Below, in pieces: positions 53,541 through 64,000 of a stretch of DNA of 64,000 nucleotides; position 1 is the first letter of the stretch; the number at the start of each line of letters is the position of its first letter. The stretch spans positions 23,562,001 to 23,626,000 of the forward strand of contig NC_087252.1 of assembly GCF_037042905.1 (NCBI RefSeq). The letters are read 5' to 3'. The notes beneath the pieces were generated by a model. The model searched no databases. It worked only from the letters and a program-made list of their open reading frames with translations, and was not told the DNA's origin. This DNA is from Lytechinus pictus (Eukaryota). The position numbers and the translations under genes were made by a program.

Positions 53541-56500
53541 AAACAAAGCGAATATGAAGACTATTATTATTTATTATATCTGTCTATTATTGGTCTCCCT
53601 CGAAACCACTAATATGTGTAAGTCAATATTGTCCTTTAAATAGACTAATACGCAGCCGTGGCTTGGAAGGAGACCAGGTCCAGACAGTTTTTTTTCTCGT
53701 TCTCATTGACTGTGTGTTATAAATGGCTAGTGTTGAAATATACCTAGTGAGACGGTCATCACAAATGCAATTTATTATGCGCCATATGAATCTCGCTATC
53801 AATCTCATTGACGAAAGGGCCATTATTGGTCACATGTCTGACATAAATTGTGACAAATCATGACTTTAATTTGGTATAAGTCTAAACATTTTAGAAATTT
53901 CTAACTGATTATGATGATAGTGAAGCTTACTTTCATTTTTAAATTAACATGAATTTCAAAAATAAATCAAACTTTCAGAATAAGGTGTTGATCTGAAGTC
54001 ACAGACGTTACCCCTTTCCTTTGACCTCTGACCTTGAACCTGCATATTGGAGACAACAAATAATATTTCCAAAGGACGGAACATGTCAATGTTACATAAC
54101 CTATGACTGATTAAATCTATAAAAATCTTTAGATTTATAAATGATTAAAGTAATTTTTTCATAATTTTGGTCACACAAGAGACCATGAATGGCCCAAAAG
54201 GATAGAGGCGAGTTTTAGCTTAATCTTTAAAAGTTTCGACACACTTGCTATTACTGATCTCTCGCGGAAGGGAATAGACCGGTATACTATCATATTCAAA
54301 TTTTATGCATACCAGATTAACAAAGGTTGCCCCTAACAACCGGAAAGCTTGCCCGAGGGTTTTCCGACGTAGCAATAACTAATGTATGCAAAGTAGATTC
54401 CAAGTATTGAAATAGCATTGTGAGGTACAGGTTAATGGAATAACTCGTTACTAGGCCCCGAGGGAAGAAACATCCATAAATTTGACTACATTAGAAAACC
54501 GGTCTATTCCATAGCGAGGGCCCCCGCATAGATCGATGAATGCACCCGCCCCACTTTGTTCTACATTTTGGAACTGACAGAAGACCGGATCGAGTAAATG
54601 GAGCAGAGAAGCATATAGATGGTCTGTAGGTGTTGATGAGAGCAGTGTTGTACTGCGGAGCAGGTCCATTAACTGAGTAATATACCAACAAAAGGATTTT
54701 CAATTTGACACGTTCACTTATGGGCAACGAATGTAAAGATTTAAAAACATTTGGGTAAATTTGTTATGAAGGGTCACTATACAAGCAGCAGAATTCCAGA
54801 GTTAAAAAAAATTGTAATGCTGTAATTAAATACCTTCTTCTTCGCTGGCCTTAAAATATTAATCAATCATGATTTTGAGACATGCTGAAATTAAAGAGAT
54901 CTGATATAGCATGCGTTTTGTCTCTTTGTACTTTTCAAGAACATTGTTTTGAATTGTTCATTATGCCTAAAAAATCACTTCATATAGAATCAATAATACA
55001 CATCTGAGAACTTTTTCATCACATAAACATTAATTGGGACTATTACTGCTTCAGATAAGTCCAATAAGGTAGTATCATCTGATCCGTTTAGGGTGTTATG
55101 GGGACTTTATTAGTTGCCCAAGAATATCTATCATCACTTGCCGCGCTTGTTGTCGCTAAGTTTCAAACCTTTCATATTTGCATGCAAATTTCAATGAAAT
55201 GTCGGGTTCAGTGATTTTGTAAAGAAGTCTTTTATTCTCTATGCGAAACTCCCGCACACTAACCGATGATAGTGAGCTAGCTTTAACCCGTATTTTCCCA
55301 ATGATACAATGATTTCTGATTAGGACACGATTTCATTCTACATGCATAATCAGGAACATGTTTTCCTTAAAACCAGCAATGGGAGTGGGGGGGACTCAAT
55401 ATAAATGATGATAATAATGCACTCTGGTTAGTCATTCCATATTTGGTCTCCAAGGATCCAAGTGACTATAATATTGTGTACACGACTTGGAAGGAGACGA
55501 ATTATAGAAATTTAATTGATACACGTCTGACAAAAACTAAATTACACACACACACACAGATGAAACAAAGTGAATATGAAGACTATTATTATTTATTATG
55601 ATATCTGTCTATTATTGGTCTCCTTCGAAACCACAATATGTGTTAGTCAATATTGTCCTTTAAATAGACTAATACGCAGTAGTGGCTTGGAAGGAGACCA
55701 AGTACAGACATTTTTTCTTTCTTGTTCTCATTGACTGTGTGTTAGAAATGGCTAGTCTTAAAATATACCTATTGAGATCACCAGTGGCGTAACTACGGGG
55801 GGGGGGGGGCATGGGGGGGCACGTGCCCCCCCAATCGGCTGACCAAAAAAAAAAAAAAATAACGGGGAAAAGGAGAAAAAGAGGGAGAAAGGGAGAGAAA
55901 CGTAGTGGGGAAAAAGACATTATTGTTCATTATAATGTTATATTATTTCATAATAATATGTTATGTTATATTACATAAGAAACATTTTTCATAACTTAAT
56001 GAAACATAATTTGCTCAGGGCCTATGTTTTCATTGCTCCTGATGCTCGCATTGTCTGTTTACCGAGATATATAACCCTGATAAAAACTAAAACCTCCCGT
56101 TTTCAAGTCAATATATACCAAACTGCCAAATATATTTCCTCGCACTTCGAGTTATTGTTTTATGTACAACAGTATGCTTCTTTTTCATGACTAAAGTGAT
56201 TGCCCCATTTTAAGGTCTTAATATAAAACATTTCCTGTCCGTGCTTACGTTAGCAGTAGCGGATTGGTGAAATATGTCTGCTCTCAATGAATTCCTAGAA
56301 TCAGTCCTTAAAATGTTCCTTTTTCTGATCTGAATATCAAAAATTTTCACCTCGCGCTTCGCGCTCGCACCGTTTGGTTAGTGAACTACCCTTCCCTGAC
56401 GGCTAGTTGCCTCACTCATGTTAGGTGGGAACATAATCTGATTAGGAAACTCAGTCAGGTACCATGGCAAATTCACTTAGGAAATCATTAAAATCTCTGC

Positions 56501-59044
56501 TCCAGTTGAAGAAGTGATTAATACTACCTACTTCAACGTAGGATGTAGTAATATTTGTCTACAAGATATGACTTTGTGATTTCACTATCTCTTCCTCATC
56601 TGTGTTCTTGGAAAACAGAATCCAATGACCCCATGTCGCGCTCGCACCGTTTGGTTAGTGAACTACGTATGGTCTTCGTGAATTCCTACAAACAAGCCTT
56701 AAAATGCCCCTCTTCAGGTCTGAATTTCCTAAATTTTCAGCTCGCGCTTCGCGCTCGCAAGATTTGATTAGTGAGATGGGTATGTTAATCATGATTACAA
56801 GTGCTTTATGTGCATATGTTTAGATGTAATTCTAACAAAATCAGCAAGCGCTTATTGGCACTCGCATTAGATGACTATGGTGAGATGTGTATACTCTTAA
56901 CGGATTCCTAAAATATAGTCCTTAAAATCTTCCTGTTTGGGGTCAATATTTACAAAAATTTCAGCTCGCGCTTCGCGCTCGCATTATTTAGCGAGACAGG
57001 TACGTATCATGATTACAAAAGAATTTTATAATGTCCTTTTTTAGGTCTGAATATCAAAAATTTCAAGCTCGCGCTTCGCGCTCGCATTATTTGACCAGTG
57101 AGATACATATCCGTTTAATGGCACTGTCCTTAAAATGTCTCTATTAGGTCAGTATACCTGGCAACTGGGCGCGCTGCGCTCACTAAGTGACTCAAAATTG
57201 TTGCTCGTGCCCCCCCCCCCAATGCCGTGACCCACGGTACGCCACTGGAGATCACCATAATCATAACAAATGCAATTTATTAGGCGCCATATCAATCTCG
57301 CTAGAGATGCTCGTAACGCAAAAGTGAAGGGGAAGCAAACAAAATAACAGAGGAACACGGGCATCATTGACGAAAGGGTAATTTTTGGTCACATGTGTGA
57401 CATAAATTGTGACAAATCATGACTTTAATTGGGTATAAGTATAACAATTTTAGAAATTTCTAACTGATTACGATGATAGTGAAGCTTACTTTCATTTGTA
57501 AATTAACATGAATTTCAAAAAGGAATCAAACTTTCAGAATAAGGTGTTGGTCTGAAGTCACAGACGTGACCCCTTTCCTTTAACCTCTGACCTTGAACCT
57601 GCATACCGGAGACAACAAATATTTCCAAACGATAGCTGACTAACCATGTTCATGTTACATAACCTTTGAATGACAAAATCTATAAAATTTGTATATTTAT
57701 AACTGATGAAAGTCAATTTTTTTTCATAATTTTGGTCACACAAGAGACCAAGAATGGCCCAAAAGGATAAAGGTGAGTTTTAGCTTAATCCTAAAAGTTT
57801 CGACACACTTGCTATTACGGATCTCTCGCGGGAGGAAATTCTATAGCGAGGGCCCCGCATAGATGAATGCCCCCCCCCCCATTTTGTTTTACATTTTGGA
57901 ACTGTAAGAAGACCAGAGTCATTGGAGCGAAGAAGCCTATAGATGATGGGAGCAGTGTTGTACTGTGAAGCAGGCCCATGAACTGAGTAATATACCAGCA
58001 AAAGGATTTTCAATTTGACACGTTCACTTATGGGCAACGAATGTAAAGATTTAAAAAACATTTGGGTAAATTTGTTATGAAGGGTCACTATACAAGCAGC
58101 AGAATTCCAGAGTTTAAAAAAAAATTGTAATGCTGTAATTAAATATCTTCTTCTTCGGTGGCCTTAAAATATTAATCAATCATGATTTTGAGACATGCTG
58201 AAATTAAAGAGATCTGATATAGCATGCGTTTTGTCTCTTTGTAATTTTCAAGAACATTGTTTTGAATTGTTCATTATGCCTAAAAAATCACTTCATATAG
58301 AATCAATAATACACATCTGAGAACTTTTTCATCACATAAACATTAATTGGGACTATTACTCCTTCAGATAAGTCCAATAAGGTAGTATCATCTGATCCGT
58401 TTAGGGTGTTATGGGGACTTTATTAGTTGCCCAAGAATATCTATCATCACTTGCCGCGCTTGTTGTCGCTAAGTTTCAAACCTTTCATATTTGCATGCAA
58501 ATTTCAATGAAATATCAGGTTCAGTGATTTTGTAAAGAATTCTTTTGTTCTCGATGCGAAACTCCCGCACACCAATTGATGATAGTGACCTAGATTTAAC
58601 CCGTGTTTCCTCATCGAAACAACGATTTCTGATTACGAAACGATTTCATTCTACATGTATAGGCAGAAACAACGTTTTTTTTTCTTAAAACCAGTACAGG
58701 GGGTGTGGGGGACTCAATACAAATAATGATAATCATTCACTCTGGTTAGTCATTCCATATTTGGTCTCCTTGGAAGTTACTGTAATATTGTGTACACGTT
58801 TATGGAGCCCCCTCAAAAGACTTGTACACAATAGTGACTTGGAAGGAGACAAAGTATATAAATCTGATTGATACACGTCTGACAAAAACTAAATTACACA
58901 CACACACATGAAACAAAGCGAATATGAAGACTATCGTTATTTATTATATCTGTCTATTATTGGTCTCCTTCGAAACCACTAATATGTGTTAGTCAATACT
59001 GTCCTTTAAATAGACTAATACGCAGCAGTGGCTTGGAAGGAGAC
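50801..59044. repeat. Tandem array of ~2.1-kb units (three full, one partial)
   Basis: Units start at 50801, 52896, 54972 and 58285 (aaatcacttc.tatagaatc). Each has a (CA)n microsatellite, and each full unit has a minus-strand L2-like LH(S)LP...APQY relic. A short piece of the unit reappears at 62311-62349. Confidence 0.92.
55782..57247. mobile_element. hAT-like non-autonomous element with 8-bp TSD in tandem unit 3
   Basis: GAGATCAC|CAGTGGCGTA...TACGCCACTG|GAGATCAC. Absent from units 1 and 2. Confidence 0.88.
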
Positions 59045-60717
59045 TTTATAAACAACATAAATGTGTAATAATCTCATAAGCCCTATGCAAGCTAAAAAAA
59101 TGAAATTTTATGTATTTTGTCCTGAAAATTGAAAGTTCTGGGCAATGTTTGTGAACCTGACCAGAACGCGTTATGTAACTAGATAATTACCATGAGCGCG
59201 TTCAGCGCGATCAGAAGTGTTCAATATGCATTCTGGCCTAGTCGAAAAGAGACCTGTTAAGGACGTTTTGCAGTTAGCCATTAAGACGATACATATTTCA
59301 ACGATTGAATAATGTGAGTGCGAAGCGCGAGCTGAACATTTTTGATATTCCAACCTAAAAAGATGAGATTTCAAACCCCCCAACGGGACACTCGAGTCAT
59401 GTTTTGTCAATCATGAAAAAGGATGGGTAATTTTTGGTATCTTCATAATGCGAGCGCAAAGCGGGGGCAGAAAATATTTGATATTCTGATCTGAAACTGG
59501 ATAATTTTAGTACGTTTTGAATAAGATCAAGCTGCGTATCTAAAAAAAAACATGCGTGCGCTTGTTTTAGAGTTAGACAGAATCTGCATTCTGAATACAT
59601 TTCATTTTTCATCATGAAAATCAATAGTGTGAGCGCAGAGCGCGAGTTGAAAATAATATTTGAAATTCCGATATTAAATGAGTCAATTTAAGCACTGTAT
59701 ATATACGGAAATTGTGTCGTCGATGTGGATAGCACTAAATGATGCGAGCGCGAAGCGTGAGCTGATATTTTATTATCATTCTAACCTAGGATTGAGACAT
59801 TTTAGGCCTAAGGATATTTTGTCATCATGAAATAATGATGACTATCTTCTATTTCTTTTCCTAAAACTGTCGATATTTATTCATGAAAAAGGGACACTTT
59901 AGTTATTATGAATTCATGAAAATTTTATTTCATATTTATTAATCTAATAAGCCTAATGAGTGTGTGAAATTTGTTGACAGTGTATGAGGCCTGAAAACTG
60001 GAAATTTTAAGAATATTTGTAATCATGAATAGGATTCATTGGTTGATATATTTTTAGCAAATAACGAGAGCGCAAATCGCGATCCGAAATTTTTAAATGG
60101 GGGGGGGGGGTGGATTTCAGTAGTTTGTTACAGAATTAATATATAGGTGTACATAACTCACCAAAATGCGAGAGCACATCGTTATTATAGGCCTTCATTT
60201 TTTTTTTAGAATCGAGACACCTGAAAATAATCTTATATAAAATACAAAAAGACAATAGGTAGGCCTACTTAGCAAATAATGCGAGCGCACAAAATGTTGC
60301 AAATGTTGATTCACACCATGAAACGGACGTTTTCCAGAGCACTTAAAAAATAAATTGGTAAATAAAAAAAAAAAAGAAAGAGCGATGTCCGAGCTGAATT
60401 ATGTTTTGTATATTGACTTCAAAACTTGATATTTTGACCTATATATCAGCCTATATTGACCGAGATATGTATCTCATCGAACAGGCAATGCGAGCGTGAT
60501 GCACGAGCTAAATTTTAATATAGTGACATTAAATATTTTCAAAAAGTATTTTCCAAGTCTTCTCCTGACCTTATTTTATTCACTCGTCTTCCTCCTTTTA
60601 TGTTTCGTCTTTTTTCCTCCTAACTTTCCCCTTCTTTTTCTTTCTTTCCCCGTTTTCCCCAATTTATTTGCTCCGTCAATAGGGGGAAGGGCCTTCGGGC
60701 CCCCTGGATCCGCCTAT
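59045..60717. mobile_element. Left-truncated hAT-like element of the GCGAGCGCGAAGCGCGAGC-motif family
   Basis: Right end TGGATCCGCCTATG as at 26170. Reverse-complement similarity to 3375-4240. Confidence 0.65.
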
Positions 60718-61235
60718 GTTAGTAGTTGTTATGATGAACACGATGCATATCTATTAAGAAATGAATTCGAGCGCGAAGCGCTAGCTGAAAACTTTTATAA
60801 TGATGAAATGAAAAATACATTTTCAGTTGTCAGGTTAGAATATTAAATACTTTCAGCTTGTGCTTCTTGTTCGCATAAAAAACTGTGAGGTCGGGATGCC
60901 TATATAACTAAACAATTTATTGATGCCAGCGCGAGCTCACTTTTTTATATACTGACTTAAGAAAGACTAAGGTATTATTCCTATTCTAATTGCTTGTCCT
61001 TTTTTCTCTTCTTTTTCTGTTTCTTACCCCTTTTTAGCGCCACCATGGGGGGGGGGAATCTTTTCCTCTTGGATCGGCCTATGTATGTTGACTTGAAAAA
61101 CACTAACACTTACATGTGGGATTGATACAGTGGATGCATACCTCACAGATGAAATATTGCGAGCGCGTAGCGCGAGCTCAATTTGATAATAACCCTTTTA
61201 TATTGTTTATGTCTATTATCGTAAAAACGGGATAC

Positions 61236-62070
61236 TTTTCTTTCTTTTTTTTTTCTTTCTCTTATCCTCATTCCCCTTCCTTTCTCTCTTTCTGTCCCCC
61301 TCTTCCTCTCCCCTTTTCTTCTTATCTTATTTTCCTTCCTCCTCTCTTTCTCTTTTCTTCTCTTTATTTTCCCCTTTTCTTCTCTTTTTTTTTCTTGTCT
61401 TCCTTTCCCCCCTTTTCTTCTCTTTTCCCCCATCTTTTCTTTCCCCCTTTTCTTCTCTTTTTTCCCGTCTTTTCTTTCTCTCTTTTCCTCTCTCTATTCT
61501 TCTCTTCCTTCCCCCTTACTCTCTCTTGTTTTCTTCTCTTTTCCTCTATTCCCCTCTCTCTTTTCTTATCTTTCTTCCCATCTTCCTCTCTTTTTTATAT
61601 TATTCTCTTCCTTCCTCTTTTTTTTTCTTCTCCCCCCTTATTTTCCCTCTTCCTATTTTTTTCTCTTCCCCTTTTTCTTTCCTTCCCCCTTTTCTCTTTT
61701 AATCTTATTTTTCTTCTCTACCTCTCTTTCCCCCTCTCTTTTTCTTCTCTTCTTTTCCCCTCTTCCTCTCTCTCTCTCTCTTTTCTTATCTTTCTTCCCA
61801 TCTTCCTCTCTATTGAAATATTATTCTCTTCCTTCCTCTTTTTTTTCCGTCTTTTTCCTCCTTTCTCCTTTCTTTTCTTCTCTTCCTTTTCCCTCCTCTC
61901 TTTTTTTCTCTTCTTTCCCCTTTTCTTCTCCCTTTTTCTTTGTCTTTCTTTCCCCCTTTTTCTTATTTTTTTTTCTCTTCCTTTCTCCCTCTTACTCTCT
62001 TTTCTATTCTCTTATTTTCCCATCTTCCTCTCTCTCTCTTTTTTTTCCCGCTCTTCCCCCCTCTTTTTTT
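61236..62070. repeat. ~830-bp CT-rich low-complexity tract
   Basis: Almost only C and T on the + strand, which generates spurious F/L/S/P-rich ORFs. Confidence 0.95.
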
Positions 62071-63452
62071 GAGCTGGGGTGAATGGGGGGTGAGGCAGTT
62101 CCCCCTCGGCCCCCCATGGATCCGCACCTGATAGAACCCCATGGTCTCGTATCATTTGACCTTTGGACCTCTCGATGACATTTGATATATCTGATCATAA
62201 TTTTACTCACACTGCGGACTATCGGACCCGCGGTCTATCGGACCTGCGGACTAACGGACACGCGGTCTATCGGACCCGCGGACTATCGGACCCGCGGTCT
62301 ATCGGGATGTCCCCAAAAGGATAGAGGTGAGTTTTAGCTTAATCTTAAAGCTCGTGGATAGTGTTGGTAAAGGATACAAAAATTCCAGTTGAATGGATCT
62401 TTCCTATTGAATAACGATTGCTGATGATGATTCAATGCGAAATTGACAGAATTTCTTCTTGGAAATATTAAATTTTAAATAAACTCCGAGAAATAAAATC
62501 ATTCTCCTCGGCTGAATTTCAAAGACAGTTCGCTGAATTTATGCGCACTTATATAGCGCCCACTTTCGTCCACGACTGATTTTTCCCCCTGTTAGTTGAT
62601 CACTAGCCGTTCCACTTTTAGCAAACCGAAATATCCCTGCGAGCGTAGTCTGCTAATTCCGTGTGCGCGCTCGTCGATCATTGTTCCTTAGTTTTAGCAT
62701 GGCCTCCGTCGAGTTTCTCCGCCAGCGAGATCGGCGAGGAGCACAGCTAGGAAACCGATGAATTTTTGTTAGATGGGTTAGATAATTATTTAAAAAAATG
62801 TGGACTAACTTACCCCTTATGCTGTCCCTCCAACCTGTAGTTCACATGTTACAGTAGTTTATTTTGACGTTCATGAAAACGTATTAGAGATGAGTCTGTC
62901 AAAATTTTGGCTACAAATTTCCACGTGCGACAAGATTGGTTCATGGTTCTTGAAACTGCGAGATACATTATACTGCATGCTGCATGCGATGCGATGCGAT
63001 GGACATTGGTCACGCTCGCTCAGCTCGGCGCTTCGGCCTGACATTCTCTCACGCTTTATCCAACTCTATGCATTCTGTTCATACACAGTTTTGCGTGTAC
63101 GATGTGTTCATGTCTTTCACGTCATATTTCAGCGCATGCATTGGGGAAGGGAAATTAATTTGGAAGTGGGAAAAGGGAGAAAAGAAGAAAGGGAAAGGTA
63201 AAAAAAAAGAGGATAACAAGTAAAGGAAAAGAAAGAACAAATGAGGCAAGGGAAACAGGAAATAAGAATGGAACGAGCTAACATGATAGCAGAGGCAGAT
63301 CAATTTCGCGGCCAATATCACGAATATGGGGGGGGGGAATTTTTCACCCATTATTTTCCACGATCGACCGCTCTGAGTTGATTTTTGTTTGTTTCTTTCT
63401 TTGAAGGTGTATACCTAACAGTCAGCTTTATTCTTATAAAACAACATAAATG

Positions 63453-63623
63453 CAGGGGCCGCAGAATGGTTTTCAAAGTGAGGGGGGCTGAGTCAAATGT
63501 TTTTTTTGGGGGGGGGGGGGTGACCATGCAAAAAATCACAATCAAATGGTCATTTTTACTTTTTTGAACACGGTTATGGAAAAAAGCAGGGGCTGGAGTC
63601 CCCCCTCGCTTCCGCGACCCCTG
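63453..63623. mobile_element. 171-bp MITE with CAGG ends and 5-bp TSD
   Basis: AAATG|CAGGGGCCGC...GCGACCCCTG|AAATG. Confidence 0.7.
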
Positions 63624-64000
63624 AAATGTATAATCCTATACGTACTATTCAATATAGTGCGAGTGATGCGCGAGTTAAAATTTTTCGTAAATGTCATATT
63701 TTGTCCTGAAAATAAAACATCTAACTAATAACTATACTGCAAATACGAAGCACGAGCAGATTTTTTTTTCATATATATTCTGGCCTGATAAACAAGGGAC
63801 CTGTTCTGATTGTAGATAGTAGCCATGAAGACGATACATAGGCCTATATAATTATGATGGCCTATTTCAAGAATGGAATAATGCGAGCGCGAAGTGCGGG
63901 CTGAACATTTTTGACATTCCAACAAGAAAATTGACATTCTAAGCATTAATCCTGAACTGAATAGGTATATAACTAGACAATACGAGCAATAAGCGCGATG

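Noticed and set aside
61116..62082. 318-aa F/L/S-rich ORF resembling a membrane protein
   Set aside because: Artefact of a CT-rich tract that lacks stop codons.

Overview
AT-rich, repeat-dense eukaryotic (animal) genomic DNA. The repeat repertoire and protein style suggest an echinoderm, probably a sea urchin; this is an inference, not a database result. About 50 kb of the window is one minus-strand gene that the ORF track shows only in pieces. Reading splice sites and phases by hand gives: signal-peptide exon (50621-50696), V-type Ig exon (28614-28961), C-type Ig exon (27707-28117), transmembrane exon (27207-27291), 8-nt micro-exon (1624-1631), 70-nt linker exon (1050-1119) and a death-domain exon. 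The product is a ~430-aa Ig-Ig-TM-death-domain receptor. The one visible death-domain exon (15926-16220) lies inside the post-TM intron. It sits on a block whose right part is ~99% identical to the window start, so a second death-domain exon is predicted just left of the window. The visible copy is in frame with the TM exon and could act as an alternative last exon. A canonical NF-kB site and a CRE lie within 100 bp upstream of the start codon, followed directly by a ~2.1-kb tandem array. The rest is transposable elements: a disrupted near-full-length RTE-X-like LINE, a decayed CR1/L2-group LINE and smaller LINE relics, two tRNA-derived SINEs, a 5.9-kb EnSpm/CMC-like non-autonomous element, and many MITEs (hAT-like with 8-bp and 5-bp TSDs, Tc1-like, foldbacks). 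There are no prokaryotic features, CRISPR arrays or rRNA.
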